Of a stretch of 64,000 nucleotides of DNA, positions 1 through 14,387 are shown piece by piece. Source of the DNA: Eledone cirrhosa (taxonomy: Eukaryota); contig OZ024741.1 in assembly GCA_964016885.1 (NCBI GenBank), positions 303,490,001 to 303,554,000 on the forward strand, given 5' to 3'. Position 1 is the first letter of the stretch. Each line of letters begins with the position of its first letter. The notes under the pieces are model-generated. The model did not search any database and was not told where the DNA came from. It was given only the letters and a program-made list of their open reading frames with translations. A program made the translations under genes and the position numbers.

Positions 1-939
1 TGTCTCCAACTCATTCATGTTCCCTAGTATTATCTATAGTGTTCAATTGTTCTTACACTTATTTTCTGCGATTTGGATATTCACATTTTTAAAACTAAAA
101 TAGAACATTGATGGCCCCAAAATATTTTTATGGAACTAAAATATTTTGTCTTTACACACGTCATTAATATTGCAATAATTTGGGACAACAGTTTTGCCAC
201 TTCAACACAGAATACATAATAACCGTAATTACACTCAGAACAGATAACAAAGAGCTTATTGATTAGACAATAGAATGCTTGGTCTGAGAGATAGTCTTCA
301 AATCCTGTTCATCTTAAATAAAGAGAGTTCAGTATTGATGGAGAGTGTGTTTTGATCCTAGGTCTGCTTGATCCGAGTTGGGGTTAAACAACAAAATTAA
401 TAACACCAGCAGACCAAAACATTGGGTAACCCATTACCAGTCAGATAACTAATCCTATATATTGTATAAAGAAACTTCTAGAAGATGCAATATTCCAAGC
501 GGAGTAACACAAGGATCTGTAATCTTTCCGACTATTTTAAACATAAACTTAATAGTTACAAGATCTTACCACATCACATAAAAAATATGTATTGTATGGA
601 CCCATAATCCTGATGGAGTCGTAGGGTCACCGTCGGGCTATACAGCATGTCTTGGGCACTTTTAGTTTGGCGGAGCCTACCCCCTTTCCAGATCTTAAAA
701 CAGCCAATTTTTTCTAGAAGAAAGAGAAAGTGATAGACAGCAACTGAGAAAGAGATATAGAGGAAAAAAAGTAGTGGACTAATATTTTTTTTATCGATCT
801 CGAAAAGATGAACGGCAAAGTTGACGTCAGTGGTATTTGAACTCGGGGAGCATTGAGAGCCAGAATGTGTACTGAAAAGCATTCTATCCGACGTTTGTAA
901 CGATTCTGCCAATTCGCCACCTTTTCAAAAGGTAGACAC

Positions 940-1800
940 GTTATGTGCAGATGACAGCACAATCACATTCTCCACAAGAAGACACTTAAAGTAGCACCTA
1001 CCAAACAGACTGACTCCATTCTTAAGAGAAACCTTGGAGAACAGCAAAGCAAATCGATGTACATTCATACTTTGAGCGATCGTAGGTACCATATTTGGTT
1101 GACAGAAAGAAACATAGTTGATAAAAAATATATTAACTCCATCATGGACTGTGTCTTTTCTGCCTAATTTCTCAATCCCTCCACAACGAACCACACAGAG
1201 CCACGCAGTATGCATCATCACAGATTGTATATAGATCATGGCAATTGAATATATTTGCAACGAAATAAAAATACTAAAATTTTTAAATGGCCTGGATATG
1301 TGGAAGGCAACATTTCTTGCTGCATAAAGTTCAGTCATTGCAGTTCCTTTCACATTCTGAAAAACTCGCCCTAAATACTTCCAGAAGCACATACGTCACC
1401 TCAGTACATTACTACTGCACAATATGATAGCCCCATCTCATCCCAGACAAAATAAATAGCACACATAAAGAAGTCTACAACAACAATAGACTCGTTATCT
1501 CCAAAAACTGTCCTGTGATGTGATACGTACAACCAACAATAAGTACAACATTTGTTGCGCTTTGACCAAATTAAATTTGCTCAACTCTGCTGTGGCCCTC
1601 ACCGAAATCTACAGACACACAGAAATAGATTGTGAACAGAGTCCAAAATGTCAGATTGTGATTCTGTACCACGACACTGGAGTGTGCACTGTGATCCTCA
1701 TTTTGACGAAGATATGGCATACCGAAATAGACAGGTAAGTGCATTACGTTTCGCCGTTCTGCCAACTTCCCATGTGACCACTTCATCAGGACTGACCTGA
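940..1800 (+). mobile_element. Highly decayed non-LTR retrotransposon (CR1/L2-like) RT C-terminal fragment
   Basis: TGTGCAGATGACAGCACAATC gives CADDSTI, resembling the RT YADD motif, followed by frameshifted and stop-interrupted coding-like sequence. Family call is tentative. Confidence 0.35.
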
Positions 1801-1875
1801 AGATACACAACAGCAACATCATCAACAACAAAAACAAAAACACCAACAACAACGTCAAAGCAAAACAGCAACTGA

Positions 1876-2095
1876 GTCAGGTCGCTCTCGAGTACTACTG
1901 GTAACATGTAACTTAGTATATCCTGTTGCATAGTCGGGTTGTCGGCGACTAAATCGGCAACTCCACCAAGCATACATGGTGAGGAAAGTGATTATTTAGA
2001 GACCCTGTGGGACGGCAAACCAAACCTATCAAATGGTGGAGGAACTCAGAAGTGTCAACGGCCATCCAATAAAGTATGTACGTATGTATATAGTT
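1876..2095 (+). mobile_element. Short non-autonomous RTE-related element (head plus TATG-like tail)
   Basis: GTCAGGTCGC...TACTGGTAACATG...GGCGACTAAA...CCACCAAG closely resembles the reverse complement of 47560-47710 and ends in gtatgtacgtatgta. Confidence 0.5.
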
Positions 2096-2310
2096 TTATA
2101 TATTTTATGTGCAAAAAAATATTCTTTTGGTGTGAAGGGTGAATCTGAGCATCCTTGCTGAACGAAATATGACTTACAAGGTCCTTAGTGAACCACTCCC
2201 AGATGGTGACCTGTGCCATCACCCATGGGCAGTGATAAACAAACCTATCACCCAAGCCAATTGCAAAAGCTAGTTTCACTTCATGACTTTGCAAGCAGTT
2301 TTATGGTAAA

Positions 2311-2826
2311 CTAGCAGTGGTACCCGGTGTTGCACGGGATAAGGTATTGTGAAATATATAACCGCCTTAGCTAAGCTTAGTATTGCCACAACCACGGCTG
2401 GCAAAGAAGTAAGGGTCTGATGGTACGTAAGTAAGCAACACTGTGGCTTAAAACGTGACGAAAAAGTTGTGTGCCCTTACCAACTGTTTGGGGAATGAGT
2501 GTGATATTTGTCTTGAGCAGGAGTGGCGGAATAACCGGAGGCAGCAGACAGCCAGACATACAGACAGATATTATAAGGGCGCGACGTTATATGTATGTAT
2601 CTATCTAAAAGAGAAAGACTAAGAATTATAGAGAGAGATCGCTAAATCGCCTAATGCGGTCCCTAGGGAATTGAAAATTTGAAATTTCTTTTGCTCAGAA
2701 CACTCCCTGAAACATAAGTATTATATGTGTAAAGTTTGAAAACAGACGGTTGGGTGGTTCTTTAGTTTTAGGGATTCAAACTCACACACACACACAGACA
2801 GACATCCTCGGTTTTATATATATAGA
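2311..2826 (-). mobile_element. Non-autonomous Helitron
   Basis: Minus strand starts TCTATATATATAAAACC..tgtctgtctgtgtg and ends with the hairpin CCCGTGCAACACCGGG followed by CTAG|T, i.e. canonical 5'-TC, 3' hairpin and CTRR ends. Confidence 0.7.
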
Positions 2827-2861
2827 CTAGCAGAAAACCACCCGGGGCGGTTTTCTGTTAG

Positions 2862-3130
2862 TCTATATATCTAAAACAGAGAATGTCTGTCTGTCAGCTC
2901 ACTAAAACTTGAGAACCATCCAACCGATTGTTTTCAAACTTTAGACATGTAATACTTATGCCCCTGTGAATGTTTTGAGCAAAAATTATTTCAAATTTTC
3001 AATGCCCTAGGGACCGCATTTGGGCGATTTAGCGTTCTCTCTATATAATTCTTAGTCTTTGTTTTTAGATAGATACATAGATATAACGTTGCGCCCTTAT
3101 AATATCTGTCTGTATGTCTGGCTGTCTGCA
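2862..3130 (+). mobile_element. Second Helitron copy of the same family, 3'-truncated and inverted relative to the first
   Basis: Starts TCTATATATCTAAAAC..tgtctgtctgtc. 2985-3129 is a near-perfect reverse complement of 2546-2687. Confidence 0.6.
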
Positions 3131-3667
3131 TTACGTCATTATGACGCACTCAGCGCGATTCCCTCGGCCTCAGTGACCAAAGTCAGTGGAGAGGGGAAGG
3201 TAATGTTTCTGTAGCACGTGTTTTAGCGTCTATTCACTCTCTCTCCCTCTCTCCCTCTCGCTATCCCCCTCTCGTAGTCTGTCTCTTTCTTTCACTCTCA
3301 CTCTCTCTCTACGCACGTGTTTCCACTGTCGGACAGACAGACAGAGAAATTGCTGGTTATATATATAAGTAGATGACAAAGGCGAAACAACAACAACAAC
3401 AATGACAATAAGAACATCAAAAACTTCAACAGGTAAAGCCATCGAAGGAACCCCTACGTAGTCGTTCTTCTGGCAAAAAAAAAAAAAAAATAGTAGTCAA
3501 ATTTCTCACGCCACAAAGTTTTGTCTTAAAAAATGAAGGATCTACACTGGGTTATATTGTCTTAGATAGGTCTAAAAGATATGATGGTCACCTCTGGAAT
3601 CTGATCGCTCTCAGGTCTGCCCATCCAGCGCTGAAATTGAGCCACATAACAACAGAGAGAGGGGGGA

Positions 3668-3708
<41 letters not shown>

Positions 3709-3956
3709 TGGGAAGTGGGAGGGTGAGAGAAGGAAGAAGAGTAAAAGAGAGAGGGGAGAAAGAGAGGGAGAGGAGAGGAAAAAGAGACAGACAAAGAGGG
3801 TGAAAGAGAGACAGAAAGAGAGGGAGGGGGAGAAAGAAATAGAGAGCAGAAGAGGGAGAGGAAAAAAAGATAAAGAGATGATGAGAAAGAAATAGAGGAA
3901 AATAAAAAAAAGAAAGCGAGGAGTGTGTGTGTGTGTGAGAGAGAAAGAGAGAGAGA

Positions 3957-4017
<61 letters not shown>

Positions 4018-4558
4018 GTGAGAAGAAAAAGAGGGTAGACAAGAGACGTATTATAGACACGGCACAGAGATTACGGTCATCACATCAACCACCTATACTT
4101 CTTACCCCCACCCAATACCACACTGGACGTCCCCATTACTTCTCACACTTCCAACAACACACATTAACACACAAACAACACTGAACACAGACACACATAC
4201 ACATATACACATTCACACACAGGCACACAAACACACGTAATTATCACACAATAGTCTCCTCCTCATGCAGGAAAACATGAGAAAAATAAAAGTTCTTTAA
4301 ATTGTCACTCTTTGCTAATCTGAAGGACAGTTTCCATATTTTAATTAACACGGCCAACCACATTATTAGCCTGGGTTCTTCAGTTACGCATGTACACTCA
4401 CATGCACACATATACACGCACACTCCACTTTCATGCATACACACACTCTCTCACTCTCTCTTTTCTATATATATATATTTCTTTTACACACATCTCCACT
4501 CTCACGCATATATTTGTATGCATGAATGTATGTATGCATGTATAAGTATTATATGCAC

Positions 4559-4686
<128 letters not shown>

Positions 4687-4750
4687 CATATATATACATA
4701 TATATATATATTATGTGCATATAATACTTATACATGCATACATATATATG

Positions 4751-4823
<73 letters not shown>

Positions 4824-4925
4824 GGAGACCTTTCTGAGCACACTTTTTTTTTGTCCCCACAAAATTTCCGTTCCATCCTCTTCTCCCTCTCTATCTTTTT
4901 ATTTCATCTTACATTTTTCATTATA

Positions 4926-4961
4926 TCTTCTGATGAAAGACTAGTGTCCGAGACGTTAAGA
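4926..4961 (+). ncRNA. Degenerate type I hammerhead ribozyme
   Basis: tctt-CTGATGA-aa-gac-tagt-gtc-c-GAGA-cg-TT-aaga. The core GAAA is mutated to GAGA. Confidence 0.4.
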
Positions 4962-5045
4962 CTCAGCATTAAAGTAATGCATTTCTTCATTGTACTGTCA
5001 TTTGCTTTGTTATTTCTGTTTACTTTTTGCATATATATTATATAT

Positions 5046-5125
<80 letters not shown>

Positions 5126-5259
5126 GTTATTCCGGGTTGAATCGGAGGTAACCACAGTAAGTAAGGTACTCAATACATAGCAGAGTATAAAAGTTTTAAT
5201 ATAGATGAGATTCTACAGGACTAGATATTCCTGATGATTCAGATGACTAGATATTCCTA

Positions 5260-5312
5260 GAGATTCCTGATGATTTCTAATGAATGAAACAGTTCTAGTC
5301 CTGTAGAATCTC
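5260..5312 (+). ncRNA. Type I hammerhead ribozyme, family A
   Basis: Helix I gagattc/gaatctc, CTGATGA, stem II ttc-taat-gaa, GAAA, helix III cag...ctg, GUA cleavage triplet. Confidence 0.85.
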
Positions 5313-5386
5313 ATCTATATTAAAACTTATATATATATATATATATATATAATATAAGATCAAAAGATGGTTAAAAGAGTTCCATG

Positions 5387-5457
5387 TATTTTATTATGCG
5401 CATTTCAAAAACAAACATCATCAAGCAATAATATTTGTGTTTTCATCAGATAAAACA
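5387..5457 (-). ncRNA. Type I hammerhead ribozyme, family B (minus copy)
   Basis: Reverse complement of 6487-6557. Confidence 0.75.
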
Positions 5458-6486
5458 GGAGAACATGATATGAAGGCTAAAAAACACTTGTGGATAGTGC
5501 AGTTTTAAATCAACATATGAAAAGTGGTTTTAGATTGATGTGTGATATTGGGAAAAATATTTTATTTAGAGAGGGGGGTGGAAAGGATGAAAAGGGGGAG
5601 GAGATGAGAGGGAGAGATGGGTGATAGAGAGAAATCCTTCATAACATATACATTTATTTATTTATTTTTTTTTTTTTTTTTTGACGTTAGAATATTCATC
5701 CGCAATCATTATTATTTTTTCTCTCTATCATAAATCTTTTTAATCTCAATTTCATCCTTAATTTATTTATTTATATTTTTTTTCTCCCCATCAACGAACT
5801 CATTCTTAATACATATTAACTCTTTATCAATTCCTTCAATATACAAACTTTAACTTCACATTATTTTTCTCAAATCCTTCTACACACAAACCTTAATAAT
5901 TTTTCTCTTCGTTAATTTTGAAATTGCCACAATACTTATCAACACACACTTTTTTTGACGTTAGAATATTCATCCACAATTATTATTTTTTTCTCTCTAT
6001 CTTCATACATAAATTCCCTTCGTTAATTTTCAAATTCCTTTAATTTATGTAAAACAATATATCTTTTTCTCAGTTATAAAAACTATCTCTTTCTCTCTAT
6101 CACCCATCTCTCCCTCTCCACCTTCACTCTAATCTCCTCCCCCTCTTTTCATCCTCCCCCCCCCCCTCCATAAATAAAATATTCTTTCCTCGCACATATC
6201 CTCCCTTCGTTAATTTCAAATTTTTAATTTATACATTATCTTCCAACGGTTTTCAACCTCTCTATATAAAACAATATATCTCCTCTCAGTTATAAAAACT
6301 ATCTCTTTCTTTCTCTCTATCACCCATCTCTCCCTCTCATCTCCTCCCCTTTTTCATCCTTTCCACCCCCCTCTCTAAATAAAATATTTTTCCCAATATC
6401 ACACATCAATCTAAAACCACTTTTCATATGTTGATTTAAAACTGCACTATCCACAAGTGTTTTTTAGCCTTCATATCATGTTCTCC

Positions 6487-6557
6487 TGTTTTATCTGATG
6501 AAAACACAAATATTATTGCTTGATGATGTTTGTTTTTGAAATGCGCATAATAAAATA
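6487..6557 (+). ncRNA. Type I hammerhead ribozyme, family B
   Basis: tgttttat-CTGATGA-long stem II (aaacacaaatattat/atgatgtttgtttt)-GAAA-TGCGCA (palindromic helix III)-TA-ataaaata. Confidence 0.8.
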
Positions 6558-6681
6558 CATGGAACTCCTTTAACCATCTTTTGATCTTATATTATGTATA
6601 CTCCAGTCCTACAAACTGTAGAGTGCTTCTTATCCGATATCTGCATTGCTTTATTGTACTACAATAAAACTCACCTCCTAC

Positions 6682-6720
<39 letters not shown>

Positions 6721-6863
6721 TACAATAACAGAGATAGTTTAAAGCTAATCTCTGACTGGTAACCATCTCACTCAACAAACATTAGGTTATATTTTAATAT
6801 AAACCCAATTTAAGTGTTTGGGGTGCTAACAATATGTATTATGTGGAAAAGCCAATATATATA

Positions 6864-7070
6864 TAACGAAAGAAATGTGGTAAGGAACCAGGTGGGCCAT
6901 AACGCACCAAAGTACTCAACACTTAGGGTAGTAGAGTGGGTAATAGGAGCGAGTAGGACCCCGACGGCTGAGCTCAAGCCGTTTCGACGGCTAATTCGGG
7001 ACTAAAATCATTTTAGTCCAGAATTAGTCGTCGAAACGGCTTGAGCTCAGCCGTCGGGGTCCTACTCGTT

Positions 7071-7074
<4 letters not shown>
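6864..7074 (-). mobile_element. Family K short element ending in a ~125-bp fold-back palindrome (half hammerhead)
   Basis: About 6945-7074 is self-complementary and contains GAAAC-GGC..GCC-GTC. The same family occurs at 9195-9398 and 41595-41665. Confidence 0.6.
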
Positions 7075-7146
<72 letters not shown>

Positions 7147-7316
7147 ATACAATAACAGAGATAGTTTAAAGCTAAACTCTGACTGGTAATCATCTCACTC
7201 AACAAACATTAGGTTATATTAAAATATAAACCCAATTTAAGTGTTTGGGGTGCTAACAATATGTATAATGTGGAAAAACCAGTTGTATTATTTTATGAGA
7301 TATAATTAAAGTTAAA

Positions 7317-7368
<52 letters not shown>

Positions 7369-7532
7369 AGATTTTAATGGATACAGTTTAGTTGAAAGGA
7401 AACTAAACTGTATCCATTCAAATCTTTCTATTTTTCTCCGGATTACTTTTGGAACTACAACTGGAACCGTCGAGCAAACTCTACGTGAGATGATAATCTA
7501 CTAATATTTATATTACAACACAACGGAAAATA

Positions 7533-7650
<118 letters not shown>

Positions 7651-7680
7651 TTATTTATAAGTCTCTCTCTCTCTCTCTGC

Positions 7681-7711
<31 letters not shown>

Positions 7712-7753
7712 TATATATATGTAGAGAGAGAGAGAGAGAGAGACTTATAAATA

Positions 7754-7847
<94 letters not shown>

Positions 7848-8185
7848 AATGGGTGTTTAGAATACTATAGTACAAAAAAATTAAAACATTAATAATTGTT
7901 TCTACTTTTTAGCACAAGGCCAGCAATTACCCAGTGTATTACTGGTACTTTATTCTATCGACTCCAGAAGGATGAAAGGCAAAGTTAACCTCGGCGGGAT
8001 TTGAACATTAATAATGTAGTACTTGTAGATAGAGTGTATATTTCCCTTCTGAGTAGAAAAGTGGCAGTGACTTCGAAGTTTCAGCTTGGTCACTCATGTA
8101 TATATATATGTATGTATATACGTGTGTGTATATATATATATATATATACACATACGTATATACATATACATATATATACATATAC

Positions 8186-8299
<114 letters not shown>

Positions 8300-8337
8300 G
8301 AAAATGTTTAAACTCGACGGCAGAGCTCAAGCCTTCG

Positions 8338-8386
<49 letters not shown>

Positions 8387-8858
8387 CGCAGACATCTATA
8401 TGTCCATGTCTGCATGTATATGTGTATGTGTGTATGTTGTATGTTGTATGTTGTATGTGTGTGTATGTTTGTGTTTATACACTCACACGTTTAAATTCAC
8501 ACACACACACACACACACACACCACACACACACACACATATATATATACGAGCGCTGACGTAAACTTAGGCAGAGATATAGGGAGTGGGGCGATAGTTGG
8601 TGTGGCCCATTGTGCGGGGTTGAACAACCACCAGAGTGCTGTGGGAAAATGCACGTGGACTGTAGTGTTGTTGCCTGCTAGGGATGAACACCATATCACC
8701 GTGTCTAGCAGGTCAAATATTGACTCTTTCAGACTGAGCCTCTTGTGTGCCAGCATTACACTCACACCTTCACACTTAACTACACATACACGGCGCTCGT
8801 ATGCACACACACACACACAGACACATACACTCAGATATATTTATGTATCTATGTATGC

Positions 8859-8904
<46 letters not shown>

Positions 8905-8960
8905 CTGTGTGCATATATATATATATATACGTACACATATGAATGTGTATGTGTGTATGC

Positions 8961-9014
<54 letters not shown>

Positions 9015-9116
9015 GTGTGTGTATGTATATATATATATATACACATACACACACACACATATATACATATACATGTATACATGTATATATTTATATATAT
9101 ATATACACTCACTCAC

Positions 9117-9166
<50 letters not shown>

Positions 9167-9194
9167 ATATATATGTATATATATATATATATAT

Positions 9195-9398
9195 ATAGGA
9201 ACGAGTAGGATCCCGACGGCTGAGCTCAAGCCGTTTCGACGGCTAATTCTGGACTATTTAGTCCAGAATTAGCCGTCGAAACACCTTGAGCTCAGCCGTC
9301 GGGGTCCTACTCGTTCCTATTACCCACTCTACTACCCTAAGTATATTGTACTTTGGTGCGTTATAGTCCCCTGGTTCCTTACCACATTTCCTTCGTTA
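9195..9398 (+). mobile_element. Family K short element with fold-back palindrome, in (TA)n
   Basis: 9195-9320 is palindromic. The tail matches the reverse complement of 6864-6945. Confidence 0.6.
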
Positions 9399-9399
9399 A

Positions 9400-9446
<47 letters not shown>

Positions 9447-10139
9447 GTGTGTATATATATGTTAGGTTATATTGGAGTTTATCAATATGGTGAAGATTAT
9501 AGAAGCTGAACGCTAATCAGTATCCTTGGACTATCAGTAAGCCAACAGGCATATACAAACATATGTGTGCGTGTGTGTGTGTATGCGTATATGCATGGGT
9601 GGGCGTGTGCCTATATCTATGTGTATGTAAATACAATTAAGGTACAGTATATGTATATATTCATTCATGGTCCCATAACAAAATAAAACAAAAATATATG
9701 TCCAATGCGCATGCACATTTAAATATACATTCATAAATATATATATATATATATATTGGTAAACGGAAAAGAAAATGCTGACAAATTATTCCCAGTGAAA
9801 AATAGTTTAATTAGGAATAAGTAAAAATTAGTAATAAGTATTGGTTAGTATTCAGTCTTAGTTTTAAGTTTTTACCGGTTGCGCATTTCTAATGCTTTTC
9901 AAAAATAATTTTGAGATAGAGCGCCGGTGATGTTTGCTCTAATCTGATTAGTTTGGGAAATTCTACCTGTTTTATGTGAAAAAAGTGGCTCCAGAGGTAT
10001 TAAAATAAGTTTCGCGCCATTTCGTGTTGCAAAAATTCTTGTAGTCAAAACAATTTTGATTGGTCGGTAGAGGTCACGTGAATGTTAAAAATTGATTTTG
10101 CGCCAAATGTATTTTGCAAATTGATTTTGCGCCAAATAT

Positions 10140-10296
<157 letters not shown>

Positions 10297-11319
10297 TAAA
10301 TCATAAATATTTACCAACACACATCCACCTCGTACACATTTCTACGCTGACTGTTGTAGGCTAAAGATGTACGAACACTGTCAAGCATGTAAATATATCA
10401 TATATACATTCATACATACTTGTATAAATTCACGCTTGCAAACATGTATATATAGGCTTTATGCTTGTGTAAACCTCATATACATATTCCCTCATTAACT
10501 AACCACCCTCACCCCACATTGCCTTCGCTCCGCACCTTAATTATTCGCTTTAACAAATAAAACTTGGTTACAAACACTCATATATGCATATATATATATA
10601 AGGCACACACACCTGCATTCACTATATATATATATTTCATCAGAAGATGAAAGATGGAGGAGAGTTAGAAGAGGAATGAAAAGAAATTGGGGGAGAAAAA
10701 GCACGTGTGTAATCATATATATATATATTCAATGGCAAACACAAACATTTGCCTACGTAGTATCCCAATTGTTTTCCAATCTCGCTTAAGCAGGATAGGT
10801 TGCTCTTGTCGTGAGTTTGGAGTTGTTAAGTACATACATAACTCCGATAAATGAGATCCCTCATGAATTAATTCTACCAAGCATTTTATTTAATGTTTGT
10901 TTAACTTGGAATCAACTTTAACTTTTGATATTATTTCGTTGTTTTTGCTTTGTTTTGATTTCAATAGAATCTGTTTAGTATGCTGAACATCGTCAAAGGT
11001 CTCTCGTGAATTTACTAAGGAAGCTTGCATAATAACTCTGAAATATCTAGAATTTGTCATATTGTTGTTGTTGTAGTTGATGATGGCATTGTTTAATCAG
11101 GCAAAATCCACGATCAACAATGTTTCAGGTTAGTCTATGTAAAACTACACCATTATCTAATATGACTCCCCTTTTGAGATGCTAAGAAGATTATGTTAGT
11201 TTTTTCTAACGGGTCGAACATGGAAAATAAGAAATAGGATATTTAGGGTTTTTTCAAACGTTTTATCGCTCTCTTAAATAGACACAACTAATTATTTCGA
11301 CTATGTCTTTCACAAAGTT

Positions 11320-12495
11320 TGTAATGCCACAGAGCATGCAATGCCACAGAGCTCAGAAAGTAATAACGCTTTCAATACTTTCAACACAAAACTCACAATG
11401 CTATAGCAATCGTAAGACAATATGGCTTACAAAACTATAAAGTTTACAACGCCATAGAGCTCGCAAAGCTATAAAGCTCGCTATAAAGCTTGCTATAGAA
11501 CCCGCAATACTATGGAACCCACAACACCACAGAGCCCCACAATACCATAGAGTTCGCTCTGCCAAAAAGCTTGTAATGCTATATAGCTCGCAGTGTCATA
11601 AAGCTTGCAATACTATACAGCTTATAATGGCATACAGCTCACAATGTCATAGAGATTGTAATGATATAGAGCTTGCACTGCCACAGAAGATGCAATGCTA
11701 TAGGGCTCACAAAACTATAGAGCTCACAAAATCCATAAAACTTGCAATGTCATAGAGCTCGCAATACTATAGAACTTGAAATAGAACTCATAATGCCATA
11801 GATTTCATAATGCTATAGAGCTGGTATTGTCAAAAAGCTCGCAATGCTATAGCGCTCGCAGTCCTCTACAGCAGTGGTTTCCAACCTTTCTTATACCATG
11901 TACCGGCTTCAAGCCGGACAATCTTTCCCCGGACCGGTAGTTGCATATATGTGTTATTTAAGTGCATTTCGATAAAGAGAGCAATAATAGAGTAATTTAT
12001 TAAAGAGAAGAAAAAGTGTATAATCTTTTGTCTCTCTTGTAAATCTTTTAAAATTAAAATCCAATATTCAATTTATTTATTATATAATTTTAAACAAGTT
12101 AATTATTTCTTTGCGGTCCAGTAGCAAATGATCCATGGACCGGTGGTTCGGGACCTCTGCCCTACAGCGTAAATCTAACAGTGCCATAGAGCCAGCAATG
12201 CTATAGAGCTCGCAATGCTCTACAGCTTGCAATGTTATGGAGCCGGCAATGCTATAAAGCTCGCAATACTCTACAGCTTGCAATGTTATGGAGCCGGCAA
12301 TACTATAGAGCTCGCATTGCTCTAAAGCTTACAATGTTATGGAACCGGCAATACTATATAGCTTGCAACGCAACAGAGCTCACAATGCAATAGAGCTCAC
12401 AATGCACATGGAATAGCATAGAGTTTGCATCACTGTAATACTATAGAATTCACAATGCCTTAGGACGCACAATGCCATTGACCTCACAGTGCCTA
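11320..12495. repeat. 17-bp satellite (consensus GCAATGCTATAGAGCTC) with a local 51-bp higher-order repeat
   Basis: The 17-nt periodicity is directly visible. 12197-12365 cycles through three variants. Confidence 0.8.
11872..12159. mobile_element. hAT (Charlie-like) MITE inserted in the satellite
   Basis: Imperfect TIRs CAGTGGTTTCCAACC / GGTTCGGGACCTCTG. 8-bp TSD CTCTACAG / CCCTACAG. Confidence 0.75.
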
Positions 12496-12901
12496 ACAGC
12501 CTGCTATACTTTCGATGCAATACTGTATCATACCAAAGTGACTCTTTGAGAGGAAAAACAACCGGTGGGCTGTACCCACATACCTTTGATAAGTGGAGCT
12601 ATCGGATAAGCTTTGTAATGTGTATCTAACTCTGTGATGATTTTAAAAAAAAGAAACAAATATTATATTCATTGCATCATACAACACACAAATTACATGG
12701 AAGAAGAAGAAGACGAAGAAGAAGAAGAAGAAGAAGAAGAAGAAGAAGAAGAAGAAGAAGAAGAAGAAGAAGAAGAAGAAGAAGAATGTGATCTTGAGTC
12801 ACATCGTGTATTTTTTTTATTTCTGTCTCGATGTTCTTGTCTTCGATTTTGTATTTGTGCCTCATCACTTCTAATTCAGTCGAATGAATACTCTTCGTGC
12901 T

Positions 12902-13011
<110 letters not shown>

Positions 13012-13039
13012 GCGCACGCCCTATGACACTTTCAACTAC

Positions 13040-13990
13040 TTACGGACACATATACGCACACAGGCGCCCATAGACACACATACATACACATAAATGCACA
13101 CGCAATTTGACATTGACACACCGTAATGCACACACATATACCGACACACACACACATACATACACGCACGTATATTCACACATACACGTACATAATCACA
13201 CATACGTACACAGACACATGTACAGACACACATACATACACATAAATGCACACGCAATTTGACACTGACACACCGTAACGCACACACATATACCCACACG
13301 CACATACATACACGCACGTATATTCACACATACACGTACATACTCACACATACGTACACAGACACGTGTACAGACACACATACATGCACATAAATGCACA
13401 CGCAATTTGACACTGACACACCGCAACGCACACACATATACCGACACACACACATACATACACGCACGTATATTCACACATACACGTACATACTCACACA
13501 TACGTACACAGACACGTGTACAGACACACATACATGCACATAAATGCACACGCAATTTGACACTGACACACCGCAACGCACACACATATACCGACACACA
13601 CACATACATACACGCACGTATATTCACACATACACGTACATACTCACACATACGTACACAAACACGTGTACAGACACACATACATGCACATAAATGCACA
13701 CGCAATTTGACACTGACACACCGCAACGCACACACATATACCGACACACACACATACATACACGCACGTATATTCACACATACACGTCGTACATACTCAC
13801 ACATACGTACACAGACACGTGTACAGACACACATACATGCACATAAATGCACACGCAATTTGACACTGACACACCGCAACGCACACACATATACCGACAC
13901 ACACACATACATACACGCACGTATATTCACACATACACGTCGTACATACTCACACATACGTACACAGACACGTGTACAGAGACACACACA
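13040..13990. repeat. ~150-bp CA-rich tandem minisatellite (about 6 copies)
   Basis: Identical blocks start at 13381, 13531 and 13681. Confidence 0.85.
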
Positions 13991-14139
13991 GCTCCATCTA
14001 TGTGTGCTTAAACCTCTTTTCATCATTGCTTCACTGTTCTTCCAACGAGTTGTCTCATCTGTAAAAGAAATATATATATTTGTCTATGATCAATCACTTA
14101 CTGCATATACACATTCATTCACCCCCCCCCTCCATCACC

Positions 14140-14355
14140 CCCCCCCCCACCACCACCAGCATCAACCACTACCATCATAATCACCACCTTTGCCACCATT
14201 ACCTTCACGACAACCACCACCGCCGCCGCCGCCGCCGCCCTCATCAACATCATGGCCGTTATGATCGTCATTGGTCATTGGTCAACATCGTCGTCGTCAT
14301 CATCATCATTGTCATTGTCGTCGATACAGTTGTCGCCACCGCAATACTATCCCAC

Positions 14356-14387
<32 letters not shown>

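Larger units (their letters stand above)
5349..6683. mobile_element. Penelope-like pLTR remnant (family B) with an inverted partial copy
   Basis: 5349-5633 is the reverse complement of about 6310-6595. Both arms carry a hammerhead, and the unit is bounded by (TA)n. Confidence 0.65.

Noticed and set aside
925-1392. 155-aa minus-strand ORF as a host gene
   Set aside because: No recognisable motif; it appears to be antisense to a decayed LINE fragment.
1741-1795. Minus-strand CTGATGA...GAAACGTA hammerhead-like spacing
   Set aside because: Helix I and stem II do not pair convincingly.
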